Shown here piece by piece: positions 13,920 to 25,411 of a stretch of 64,000 nt of DNA. Under the pieces are notes generated by a model. That model was given only the letters and a program-made list of their open reading frames with translations, had not been told where the DNA came from and searched no databases. A program made the translations under genes and the position numbers. Every line of letters begins with the position of its first letter. The first letter of the stretch is position 1. This stretch comes from Mustelus asterias (Eukaryota): assembly GCF_964213995.1 (NCBI RefSeq), contig NW_027590173.1, positions 372,001-436,000 on the forward strand, written 5' to 3'.

Positions 13920-14220
13920 GCAGAGTGGCACTGGTTAGTGCTGCTGCTTCACAGCGCCAGAGACCCATGCTCAATTCCTCCATGGCTGACTGTGTGGAGT
14001 TTGCACATTCTCCCTGTATCTGCATGGGTTTTCCCCAGGTGCTCCAGTTTCCTCCCAAAGACTAAAGATGTGCAGAATAAATAGATTAGACATGATATAT
14101 TGCCCCTTAATGACCCAAGATGTGTAGGTTAAGAGGGTTAGCCATGGGAAAAGATGTTCTTCCAGCGAGTCAGTGCAGATGCAATGGGCAAATGGCCTCC
14201 TTTCTCACAATGGATTATGA
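13920..14220 (+). mobile_element. HE1-like V-SINE (degraded)
   Basis: tRNA head plus V-domain similarity. Confidence 0.75.
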
Positions 14221-15282
14221 GGGATCCAATGGACACTCAGTGCTTCCATTTGTGAAGCCAAGGATCCCATCCACTTTGCGAACGACTGTCCGAAACTATC
14301 TCACTTTCAAATATCTCCCTGAACCTCACTCCCTCTGAGCCTGCACACTGTTTCGAACTGGACCATTCAGTTTATTTTGCCTCTCCCCATCTCTTCTGTG
14401 AAAAGGCAGCACTGTTCCTGAGTGTGGGATTAATAATGTGTCTCTTCCACAATATCAGTGAGAACTGATACTGCAGCTTCTGTTTCTCCAAGAGAATCTT
14501 TCTGGCTAAAGCCAGAATTTACAAGGATTTCTGTCACTGAGACATTGTCTGGCCGTCTGTGTCTCGCCGCCCTAACTCACTCTGTCTCTGTCTCTCCCTC
14601 CAACCACTCTCATCGACTCTATGTGAAGGCAGGATATTGTTGTTTAGTGACTGAGTGCACACAATCTGTATCTTCATCTGATCAAATAGAATTCAGCTTG
14701 TGAACAATATCATCATTTCAACCAGTTCTGGGTTAAATCAGGCACTGCTCTGATTGGCTGCAGCCCCCTGAATCTGGGGAGCAGCACCGGCCTCAGAGGC
14801 TTTTACAGTTACTGAGCCGGGAAACTCCAACAAATCCCTGAGAATCCACAGCACAGAGCGAGAGGAAAGCCTGTCCTGGGAGCTGTCAATCTGAGACACA
14901 GTTTGACCCTGTCAATGTGCAGATGTGAACCTGCTCCTTCCATTCCCAAACTGTTATAACCAAGAATACAGAACGCCCAGTAGTGACCAGCTTGTTGCAA
15001 TGTGTTTGAATGAACATGATGTGATATCATCGAAGCAGCATTTTGAAATATTCATTCAATGTATTCTGATTATTTAATGCTCTGTGTGCATTCTTATGCC
15101 ATTGCATAAGAATCTTCCTCTGACATGAGACCGTGTTTTGCCTTTGTGCCTTGATGCTGCTTTAAAAAAACATGTTCATGTTATGAATTTTCTCATCGAA
15201 CCATAGGAAGAATTATAGAAAAATAACAGCACAGAAGGAAGCCATTGAACCTATCCTGCCATGCCAGTCCAAGGACACAGCA

Positions 15283-15770
15283 AGAAATCTCACAACACCA
15301 GGTTAAAGTCCAACAGGTTTATTTTTTTTTATACTTTTCCAATTCAATCAAATCAAATCCAATTCAGAGTCTCAACAAGTTGAGACATTTCAGATCCAGG
15401 CTGACAAGACAGGGCGAGCGACCAAACCACCCTGTCCTGGGCCTGATCTACATGAGCCAAGCTGATTGGAGAAGGGGGAGGTTCCTCCTCCAAGACCTGA
15501 GCTCATTTGCATCTTAGCCAAAAGGCCGAGATGCCGCTTTTAAAAATTGCTTCATATGAAACATATGAAGCCTGTAACCTAATGACCTCGACCAAGTGCG
15601 GCCGACCATGGGCTGCCGTCCATACACTTGATCTTAGCCAAAAGGCCGAGGTTTATTTGGTAGCAAAAGCCACTAGTTTCAGAGCGCTTGCAGCTCCTTC
15701 ATCAGATGAGTGGGAGTTCTATTCACGAACAGGGCATATAAAGACACAAATTCAATTTACAAAATAATAT
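15283..15770 (-). mobile_element. Penelope 3'-end fragment interrupted by a U2-headed insertion
   Basis: ACAACACCAGGTTAAAGTCCAACAGGTTTATT|TGGTAGCAAA motif, shared with the other Penelope ends, is split at about 15325-15650. Confidence 0.8.
15325..15650 (-). mobile_element. U2 snRNA-headed short retroposon
   Basis: 5' end is U2 sequence (CTCGGCCTTTTGGCTAAGATCAAGTGTA); internal second U2 match at 15511-15531; poly(A) tail; duplication (ag)gtttattt at 15315-15324 and 15649-15658. Confidence 0.8.
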
Positions 15771-15917
15771 GTCCTTTCCAAGCCCATCTTCCTGCACCCA
15801 GCCCGGAGCCATGCAGCTGAATGCATGATGGATATCCAAATAATGCCAAATATTTGCGAGCCTTCTTCGAGTCAGTGGCTGCCCTGTAGCAGCGGAGTAA
15901 ACATTTCAAATCACACC

Positions 15918-15995
15918 CGCTGCGAGCAGGGCTCGAACCTGCGCGGGGAAACCCCATTGGATTTCTCAACGCCTTAACCACTCGGCCATCGCAGC
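15918..15995 (-). pseudogene. tRNA-Ser with 4-nt anticodon-arm deletion
   Basis: GCTGCGATGGCCGAGTGGTTAAGGCGTTG-AGAAATCCAATGGGG...GGTTCGAGCCCTGCTCGCAGCG; 78 nt vs 82 nt canonical. Confidence 0.85.
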
Positions 15996-16302
15996 TGCTT
16001 ATTTGTTGTTGTGTTGTAACCGACTTAGCAACATTCACAGACCTTTATCAGGCACCGGAATGATGCAGAGCACAGCGTGTGAGCTGAAATTTGTTCGTCT
16101 CCTTTTAATTTGTATCTTTGTCTCTGATCCAGAACTCATTCACTAGTTCAGAGACTTGTTGTTCTTTTTCAGTAACCTTTCATTAAAATCAAGTTGAACC
16201 CGAATTCTGCATCCGAAAAATAAAACGAAAACATTAAGTCCACTTTATTTCATTGCAGTCAAATGTTGCGTTTAAACCACATGAGGGCGCTGACATTACC
16301 AA

Positions 16303-16375
16303 TGCGATGGCTGGGAATCGAACCCGGGTCAACCTGCTTGTCAGGCAGCTATGCTCACCACTATACCACCATCGC
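16303..16375 (-). tRNA. tRNA-Gly(TCC)-body gene with GAC anticodon (variant or pseudogene)
   Basis: GCGATGGTGGTATAGTGGTGAGCATAGCTGCCT-GAC-AAGCAGGTTGACCCGGGTTCGATTCCCAGCCATCGCA. Confidence 0.75.
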
Positions 16376-17129
16376 TCGCTCCCCTCATGTAACTGTTATT
16401 TTCATTAGTTACAATTACAAAACTACCTTAGCTTCTGATTTCAGCAGACAGAAGGTATGTCCTTGGGACATTTTTTTTTACCTGAACTTGGCTTGTCTCA
16501 TTTTTCTGGACAGTTTTAGCCACCTTTTTGCGATTGCTTCTGACTGATAACTCTGATTAGATTTGCGGCCTGTTCTTTCATTTGAACAAAGTTTCCACTG
16601 AACGGAAATTGAAGCTGGATTTTATGTCAGAAACACATGGATGATGAGAATATTGGCTGATTTTTTTTTAGAACTTTCCCCCTTCTGTTCTGACCAGAGA
16701 TAGCTAATTAAATAAGTCAACACTCTGAAGGTCAGGAACTGACCCTTGGTCAAATGCTCGCACAGTCACCACAACACCACCTGGCTCTGTCACCCCCTCT
16801 GTATTTATAGAACGAAGCAATGAAGTGGCAGAGAAATCACAGCTGAGAGAATTCTGTAACCGACATTCCCGTTCTGGGAGTTTTACACTTACCGATAGAT
16901 CGGGGTGAGCAGGGTCGCCCAATCAGAAAGCAGATCCTTGGGACATGGAATTTGATTAATATCATGTTTTGCAATCATGTTAATCGGTAAGGACCATGTT
17001 GATGTAATTTCACTCCAATCTATGAAGGTTTGTTTGAATCGTGGCCTTGTTGCACAACTTGCGTTCAGCCAGGAGATGGCAGCAGGGAACAATAATTTGG
17101 ATTTGCTGTTTGTGTCAATAAATCTCGTC

Positions 17130-18040
17130 ATAGAGGTTCACAGCATGGAAAAAAGCCCTTCGGCACAACATGTCCATGCCGCCCAAATTTTACCATTAAG
17201 TTCGTCCCTATTGCCCGTGTTTGGTCCATATCCCTCTATATCCATCTTACCCATGTAATTCCTTTTAAAAGACAAAATTGTACCCGTCTCTCCTCCCTCT
17301 GGCAACTCGTTCCACACACCACTCTCTGTGTGAAATAAATTGCCCTTCTGGACCCTTTTGTATCCCTCCCCTCTCATCTTAAACCGATGTTCTCCAGTTT
17401 TAGACTCCCTTATTGCGGGAAAAAGCTGTTGACTATCTACCTTATCTATTTCCTCATTATGATATAGGCCTCTTTATATCACCTCGAGGTCTCCTGCGCT
17501 CCAGGGGAAAAAAAGTTCCAGTCTATCAAGCCCCTCCTTATAACTCAAACCATCAAATCCTGGTGGCATCCTAATAACTCTTTTCTGCACTCTTTCTAGT
17601 TTATTAATATCCTTCCGATAATAGGGTGACCAGAACTCTACACAGTATTCCAAGTGTGGCCTTATGAATGTCTTGTACAATTTCACAAGATGTCCCAACC
17701 CCCGTGTTCAATGTTCTGACCACTGAAACCAAGCATGTCAAATGCCTTCTTCACCACCCTGTCCACATGTGACTCTACTTTCAACGAGTTATGAACCTGT
17801 ACCCCGAGATCTCTTTGTTTAATAACTTAGCCCAACGTCTTACCATGAACTGAATAGGTCCTGCCGTGGTTTAATCCACCAAAATACATCACCTTACATT
17901 TATCTAAATCAAATTCCATCTGTCGTTCATCGGCCCACTGACTCAATTGATCAAGATCCCACTGCAATCCGAGGTAACCTTCTTCACTGTCCACTCTGCC
18001 ACCAATCTTGGTGTCGTTTGCAAACATACTAACCATGCCT
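17130..18040 (-). mobile_element. CR1 LINE 3' fragment
   Basis: RT peptides (FANDTKIGG, RPHLEYCVEFWSP), frameshifted. Confidence 0.9.
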
Positions 18041-18049
18041 CCTAAAAAA

Positions 18050-18985
18050 TGACGGGGTAGGATGAGTGACTTTGCGGATGGCATATAGATTGGCTGGGTG
18101 GTGAAAGGGAGGCTGAGTTTCTTAGTCTGCAAGAAGATATAGACAGGATAGTCAAACGGGCAGATAAGTGGCAGATGGAATTTAACCCCAAAAGATGTGA
18201 GGTAACACACTTTGGAAGGAATAATTTGGCAAGGAAGTATTCAATGAAGGGCATGGCACTTGGAAGTTCTGTGGAATAAAGGGACATTGGCGTGTTTGTC
18301 CATAATCTCTGAAGGTAGAAGGGTATGTTAGTAGGATGGTGAAAAAAAAACATATGGGGCACTTGCCTTTAACAATCGGGGCATCGATTGCAATAAAATG
18401 TCATGTTGGAATTGCATAGAACTTTGGTGGGGCCACAGCTAGAGTACTGTGTGCAGTTTTGGTCGCCACAAGATAGGAAGGATGTGATTGCACTGGAGGG
18501 GGTGCAGAGGAAATTCACCATGATGCTGTCTGGGATGGAACATGTAAGTTCTGAAGGGAGATTGGGTAGGCTTGGATTGTTTTCTTTAGAGCAGAGAATA
18601 CTGAGGGGGGACCTGATCAAGGTGTACAAAATTATGAGGGCATCGACAGAGTGGACAGGAAGCAGCTGTTCCCCTTGGTTGAAGGGTCAGTAAAAAGAGG
18701 ACATAGGTTCAATGTGAGGGGCAGGAAGTTTAGGGTGGATGTGCGGAAAAACATTTTTACCCAAGGGTAGTGACGGTCGGGAATGCGCTGCCTTGGAGGA
18801 TGATAGAGGCAAGTTGCCTCACATCCTTTACAAGTATGTGTTCAGCAATTGGCATATCATAACATTCAGGTCCATGGGTCAAGTGCTGGTAGATGCGATT
18901 CGATTGGAGGTCAGATGCTTCTTCCGTGTCAGAGCAGACTCGATGGGCCGAAGAGCCTCTTCTGTACTGTATGATTCTTTTATTC
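18050..18985 (+). mobile_element. CR1 LINE 3' fragment
   Basis: GPQLEYCVQFWSP, LRGDLIKVYKIM. Confidence 0.9.
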
Positions 18986-19238
18986 TCTAAAAAAATTCAC
19001 CACGAACCGGATCAATGTCAGCCATATTCCTTGCCAGTTCTCAGACAGGCACTGATTGGTTCGAAGTTTGTTTCATCTTTCAGGGTCCAGCTCAATTAAA
19101 TAAATGTATTTCTTATGTTCTGTGTGTCATTTATAAAAACCTTCCTCTGACATGAGACCTTGTTTTGTCCTTGTGCCCCTGTTGATGCCTTTGTCACTCT
19201 GCTCATGCTTTGATTTTCCTCATGGCACCTTAGAAAGA

Positions 19239-19506
19239 GTAAGAGTTTAAACAACACCAGGTTAAAGTCCAACAAGTTTAAAGATCTGGTTGGCTGTAGG
19301 GATTCACATTCTAATCAGTATTCTGTAACTTGATTTTGTGTCTCTGTGCCCTGTTTGAGAGCACATTTCCACTCCATCTGACAAAGGAGCAGCGCTCCGA
19401 AAGCTAATGGTATTTGCTACCAAATAAACCTGTTGGACTTTAACCTGGTGTTGTTAAAACTCTTACTGTGTTCACCCCAGTCCAACGCCGGCATCTCCAC
19501 ATCATG
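19239..19506 (+). mobile_element. Short Penelope end with 5' inversion
   Basis: Inverted ~40 bp plus 3' end; flanked by 12-bp direct repeat ACCTTAGAAAGA (19227-19238 and 19507-19518). Confidence 0.8.
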
Positions 19507-19716
19507 ACCTTAGAAAGAACCAGAGAAATGTAACAGCACCGAAGGAACCCATTCGGCCTATCTTGTCCTTGCCAGACTGAGGACACTCAAGTGTCCTTTC
19601 CAAGCTCACCTTCCTGTTATGTAGCTGAAAGTATGCTGGAGATCCAAAGAATTCATTCCAAAAAAATAGGATTTGCAATTCTGTGGCTGCCTAAAGCAAA
19701 CATTTCCAATCACACT

Positions 19717-19798
19717 TGCTGCCAGCAGGGTTCGAATCTGCACGGAGAAACCCCATTGGGTTTCAAATCCAACGCCTTAACCACGCAGCCACGGCAGC
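19717..19798 (-). pseudogene. tRNA-Ser(TGA) pseudogene
   Basis: 82-nt Ser-type sequence with D-arm, anticodon-stem and T-arm mismatches. Confidence 0.8.
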
Positions 19799-19815
19799 TG
19801 CTTCTTTAAAGAATG

Positions 19816-20043
19816 AAAGCAAATCACTGCGGATGCTGGAATCTGAAACCAAAAGAGAAAATGCTGGAAAATCTCAGCAAGTCTGGCAGCATCTGTAAGG
19901 AGAGAAAAGAGCTGACGTTTCGAGTCCAGACGATCCGTTGTCAAAGCTTTGACAAAGAGTAATCTGGACTCGAAATGTCAGCTCTTTTCTTTCTTTACAG
20001 ATGCTGTCAGACCTGCTGAGATTTTCCAGTATTTTATCTTTTG
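19816..20043. repeat. Palindromic short interspersed element
   Basis: ~95-bp inverted arms centred on AAAGCTTT (about 19946); single arms recur at about 2270-2400, 3130-3230 and 23530-23640. Confidence 0.75.
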
Positions 20044-20370
20044 GCAGCTCTTATTTGTCTGAATAATGTAACCACCTCAGTAACGTTCACATTAACTTAA
20101 TCAGGCACCAGGATTGCGCAGCACACAGTGTGGGAGCTGAAATTTGTTCTTCTACTTTTACTTTGTGTCTGGCTGAAAATTCATTTATTCGGTCAGAGAC
20201 TTGTTTTTCTCTTCCAATATTTTTCATCAAAAAAGAATTATGTCCGAACAAAAAATGAAAAAGCTATCTGCATTTTATTTCATTCTTGTCAAATGTTTCG
20301 TTTGCCCTGTTTTTGTCCACTCAGTTTAAAACACAAGAGGCCGCGGATAAGGTTCGAAATAAATGACCAA

Positions 20371-20442
20371 TGCGTTGGCCAGGAATCAAACCTGGGTCAT
20401 CTGCCTGGAAGGCAGCTATGCTCACCCCTATACCACCATCAC
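20371..20442 (-). pseudogene. tRNA-Gly(TCC) pseudogene
   Basis: Gly-TCC body; B box mutated (GTTTGA) and acceptor-stem mismatches. Confidence 0.85.
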
Positions 20443-21880
20443 TCACTCTGCTTAAACAACCGTTATTTTCATTAGTTATAATTAAGGAACTTCCTGAGTT
20501 GCTGATTTCATCAAACACCAGATGTGTCCACAGCACAGTTTGTAAATTGAACTTGGCTTGTCTCGTTTTTCTGGACAGTTTAGCCCACCTTTCGTTTTAC
20601 AATTGTTTCTGACTGAGAACTCATTGATTAGTTTTGAGGCCTTTTCTTTCATTTGAACAACGTTTCAGCTGAAAGCAAATTGAATGTGGATTTTACATTA
20701 GAAACACAGCGATGATGAGAATTTTTAGTGAATTTTATTTTAGGAGTGCCCACCTACTGTTCTGACCTGCGATAGATAATTAAATGAATTACCACTGTGA
20801 TGGCCAGGAACTGACCCTTGGTCAAATGTTCGCACAGTCACCACCATCACTCACCTGGCTCTGCCACCCCCTCAGTAAGAAAGTCCAGCTCTGACACTGA
20901 ATCTAGTTACCTTCGGGCCCAATTGGAGGATGGTCAGAAACTGTCTGCCACTGTCAGAGACTCCATTATCAGCGAGTGCGGGATTATTATTTAACTGGCT
21001 GTCACTGGTTGTTGAGGTTGTGATTTACTGTTACCTGTCAGTGCAAGAGAAACAAATAAAACAGGAAAATTGAGAGACTCCGAGAGCAGATAATTTGTCC
21101 TTCGCCCTGAAGAAACACAATCATGTCTGCAATCGCTATAATAAGTGAAAAAAAACAGATATAATTGGCTGTTGCCGCGAATCTGGTGAACAAATGTGGC
21201 CGTACTCCACATGGACTGAAGCGGTTCCAGAAGGCAGCTCACCACCACCTTCCCAAGGGCAATTAGGGATGGGCAATAAATGCTGACCCAGACAGCGACG
21301 CTCACATTCCATGAATGAATTCAAAGACAATCTGCAGGGAGGGGGCTTCAGAGTGTTTAACAGTTACTGAGGTGAAAAACTCTAACGAACCCCCCGGAAT
21401 ACAGAGGAAAGGCGAAAAGGAGGAGAAATTCCGTCCTGGGACCTTACATTTGGTGAAAGTTTTGTCCTGTGAATGTGTAGATGTGAATATTGTATGAAAG
21501 GGACGGGCGGGTCAGACTAATCCAACTGTGTTTGTGTGTCTGTTCTGATCATGACATCTCCGAGTCTCTCTTGTGTAAAATAAAACAATTTTCCAATCAA
21601 AGATTCCCTTAATCCCCCTGCTGAGCCCCAAAGTTAGACTTCAAGGCAATTGTTTCGCTAAATTGAAGAATTCAGTGGAAAAGTAGAGAACATGTCAGCT
21701 ATCGCGTGTGAGAGCGCGATCAGTGCAGCAGTAAAACGGGTTTCAGTGGAAAATGGAGTTCTCAGTTCGAGTGAAACCTTTTCAACAGCAAACATTCGTG
21801 TGTCAGAGACATGAAGGATGTGAGCTGGATCTCTGGAGAGGCGGAATTTCATTGCAAGGGGAGAGTTTGTGAGGAGAGAG

Positions 21881-21887
21881 AAACACA
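21881..21887 (+). promoter_or_regulatory. H1 box (AAACACA)
   Basis: Conserved H1-promoter motif ~150 bp upstream of the H1 ATG. Confidence 0.55.
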
Positions 21888-22029
21888 GAGAGGTTGGAGG
21901 AGCCGGGAGCTGACAGCAGCTTGTCTCTGCTCCGTCCGCTCTCTGCCTTTAAGTTGCTCTGTGCCGCCACCACTGGGTTCATTTCGGATCCAGTTCTGAC
22001 TCACACACATTTTCCACACACTCTCGGAT

Positions 22030-22695
22030 ATGACTGAAACTGCAGCCGCCGAAACGGCTCCTCCAGCCGCTCCCGCTCAAGTGAAGTCTCCCAGGAAGAA
22101 GAAGGCGGCTCCCCGACCTGCGGCAGCCGGTCCCAAGTTGGGCGAGCAGATCCTCAATGTTGTGGCGGGATGCCGCGATCGCAAGGGGATGTCCCTGGCC
22201 GCGATAAAGAAAGCTTTGGCTGGCAGCGGAGTGGATGTGGGGAAGCGCGTCTCCCAGATCAGGTTAACGATCAAGAGGAAGGTGGAGACAGGGTCTCTGG
22301 TGCAGACAAAGGGACAGGGCGCCTCCGGCTCCTTCAAACTCGCTAAGAAGGAAAGCCCGGGGAAAATGGGAAAGAAGGTGAAGAAACCAACAGCCAAGAA
22401 ATCTTTAGTAAAGAAAACAGCGGCCAAGAAGGTGACAACAAAGAAAGCAGCAGCCAAGAAACCCGCAGCCAAGAAACCCGCAGCAAAGAAAACTCCAGTG
22501 AAGAAATCAACAGTGAAGAAAACAAGCAGCAAAAAGGCGGCAACTCCAAAAAAGGTGGTGAAGAAAGCAGCCCTGAAGAAAAAGTCTCCTGTGAAGAAGG
22601 TGACGGGCGGAAAGTCTGTCAAAAAAGTGACTAAATCGAAAGCCAAACCCAAAGTGAAAGCAGCAAAAGCGAAGAAAGCGTCAGGAAAGAAGTGA
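22030..22695 (+). CDS. H1: Linker histone H1, replication-dependent type
   Basis: Globular domain (LVQTKGQGASGSFKL), Lys/Ala-rich tail, intronless, downstream stem-loop. Confidence 0.97.
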   Translation: MTETAAAETAPPAAPAQVKSPRKKKAAPRPAAAGPKLGEQILNVVAGCRDRKGMSLAAIKKALAGSGVDVGKRVSQIRLTIKRKVETGSLVQTKGQGASGSFKLAKKESPGKMGKKVKKPTAKKSLVKKTAAKKVTTKKAAAKKPAAKKPAAKKTPVKKSTVKKTSSKKAATPKKVVKKAALKKKSPVKKVTGGKSVKKVTKSKAKPKVKAAKAKKASGKK

Positions 22696-22731
22696 AACAA
22701 CCCGAGCAAATTGTAAACCTCTGAACCCAAA

Positions 22732-22772
22732 GGCTCTTCTCAGAGCCACCCACATCTCTCAGGAAAGAGCTG
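22732..22772 (+). terminator. Histone 3' stem-loop plus HDE (H1)
   Basis: GGCTCTTCTCAGAGCC followed by GAAAGAGCTG. Confidence 0.93.
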
Positions 22773-22992
22773 ATCCCGCAAGGAAATGATTCCTGTCCCG
22801 CGGCCCGGCTCATTCTTAATAGAGATCATTTCAAATTCAGACTAAAGCAAAACACAGCAGATGCTGAATTTCATTTGAATTTCACATTTGTTCAATCGCC
22901 ACTTTCTCTCATAATAAAGATGTCTGTTAGATTCAGTGTGAGACAGTAACACTGGCGGCTAAACACCGCATTCCTGCCTCATTTTTAACCGA

Positions 22993-23265
22993 ATCCCTGC
23001 AATGCAGAAGGAGGCCAATCGTCCCATCGAGTCTGCACCGACCTCAATCCCACCCAGTCCGGATCCCCATGACCCTATTTATTGACCGGACTTACCCCCT
23101 GACACTCCGGTGCAATTTAGCATGGCCAATCAACCTGACAGGCACGTTGTTGTGCGGGAGGAAACCGGAGCACCCGGAGGAAGCCCAGGGAGAATGTGCA
23201 AACTCCACACAGACAGTGACCTCAGCCGGGAATCGAACCCAGGTGCCTGGCGCTGTGAGACGGCA
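22993..23265 (-). mobile_element. HE1-like V-SINE
   Basis: GGAGGAAACCGGAGCACCCGGAGG and tRNA head, reverse orientation. Confidence 0.8.
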
Positions 23266-23284
23266 ATTCTTCGCCAAACATCAA

Positions 23285-23354
23285 TGTCAGGAGTGGGATT
23301 TGAACCCACGCCTCCAGAGGAGACTGCGGCCTTAGACCGCTCGGCCATCCTGAC
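23285..23354 (-). pseudogene. tRNA-Leu(CAG) lacking the anticodon (13-nt deletion)
   Basis: GTCAGGATGGCCGAGCGGTCTAAGGC|CGCAGTCTCC...GGTTCAAATCCCACTCCTGACA. Confidence 0.88.
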
Positions 23355-23960
23355 TCCCTTAATTTTAACACAGGAGATTGCCCCAAACAGCTTCAATAAA
23401 GTGTTTGCAAACAGCGAGAAGCAGATGTGTGTGAGGGTGTTCCGGAGGAAGATTCTTGCTACAGAATCGACTGTGTTTCGGTCGGAATATTACTGTCTGG
23501 GAATTATTCCGGGACCAGGTTTAAAAACACAAAAGGACAAAGTCACGACCCGAAACGTTAACTCTGTCTCTCTCTCTCTTCACAAAAGCTGCCGGAGCTG
23601 CTGATAATTTGCAGCATTTTCTGTTTTGATTCCATATTTCAAAGCTCCGGGTTTGTGGAAACTCTTGACTGTGAAGGGCGGCTCTGGTAGTGTTTGTGTG
23701 GGGAGCTGTGTTTCGCTTCCATTGTTAATAAACGGGTTGAAATTGGCGGTTGCAGAAACTGGAGGTGGAGCTGAAAGATCAGGGGCCGTTCTGTGTGTGT
23801 GTGTCAGTCCGGCTCTCTCCTCCCTCCCGCTCTGTGTTTAATCTTCACCCTGTACCTCCCCTCTCTGCTCTCACTCCGCCTTTCTCAGTCAGGTCGGGGC
23901 GGGCTGTATAAAAGGAGCCTGAAAGAGTTCTTCTCCCATATTGTGCAGTGATCTGAGTGA

Positions 23961-24281
<321 letters not shown>

Positions 24282-24315
24282 ACAACTGCAACCTTCCTCC
24301 CGAACACACAACAAA

Positions 24316-24331
24316 GGCTCTTTTCAGAGCC
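24316..24331 (+). terminator. Histone 3' stem-loop (H4)
   Basis: GGCTCTTTTCAGAGCC. Confidence 0.95.
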
Positions 24332-24744
24332 ACTCACCGCCTCACAGAGAGAGCAGTGACCTGGGGACGGGGGCTGGGACAGGCTGTTCAGTGGTGGAGA
24401 TGAATATTTGCTTTGTTCAGGTTGAATTTAACATTTCATTTGCAGTAGGGATTGAAATTGTTTTTATTTTTAATTGGATGATCTAAATAGCTCTACCGTT
24501 TCTGCAGTTGTTGATTTTCCCCAGTTGACATGTGCCCTCAGTGAAAAGCCACATCACTCCTGTTTAATCACTGTGTTTGAATAGAGTTTATAAAAGCTTT
24601 CTCTGGAATAGCGGAGTTTAGTAGCAGCAGCCGGTGAATCGTTCACTGGAACCAGTCCCAGTTGTGATGCTATTTGCCCCCAGACGGTTGTTTCCTGCAC
24701 TGAAACTGACAGGCTTTGTCCTCTTTTTAGGTCAAACCAAACCA

Positions 24745-25411
24745 AGTAAACAAACTCAGATTAAATCAGGACAAAGTAAAAGGGGCAGCTCCCAAAAAGG
24801 AGGGGGAACAGCCCGAACAGAAATCAAAGTACAAAGGAAACTTAAAAACATCAAATTAAAATGTGATTATTGGGGTCAATAATGCACCCCAACCCCTGCG
24901 GTGCCCAGCGGGCACGGAAAGCGTCAACCTCGCCCGTGGACACCGCATGCTCCCTCTCCAGGGACACCTGGCCGCGAACGTAGCCGCGGCAGAGGGGAAG
25001 ACAGTCAGGATGGACGGCCCCCTCGATCGCCCGCTGCCTGGACCGGTAAATGGCGCGTTTCGCCAGGCCCAGGAGCAGGTTCACGAGGAGGTCGCAATCC
25101 CGACCCTCCCCTCTCCGCACCGGGTGTCCGTAGATCAGGAGCGTGGGACTGAAGTGCAAACAAAACATCAATAAAAGGTTCTTTAGGAAAACATAAAGGG
25201 AGTGCAGCCTAAGACACACAACATAGACATGGTCCACGGACTCCACAAGGCCACAGAAAGGGCAGTCTTCGGAGCCCGTGAACCAGTGAATCCTACGGTT
25301 GTGCGGAACTGCTGCATGCATCACCCTCCACCCCAGGTCCCCGACGTAATTGGGGGAGATCCCTCCGTAGAGGGACCTCCAGCGGGGACCTCCGCCGCCC
25401 GGCGGCAACAA
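24745..25411 (-). mobile_element. Tx1-clade non-LTR retrotransposon 3' fragment (zf-RVT region)
   Basis: Open 186-aa frame with DLGWRVMH, CPFCGLVESVDHVYVVC and LLLGLAKRAIY, followed by a U-rich 3' UTR. Confidence 0.85.

Noticed and set aside
15511-15650. Functional U2 snRNA gene
   Set aside because: Only 21-28 nt of the 5' end is present; no Sm site or 3' domain
22077-22730. Antisense ORFs over histone genes
   Set aside because: Shadow frames caused by codon bias
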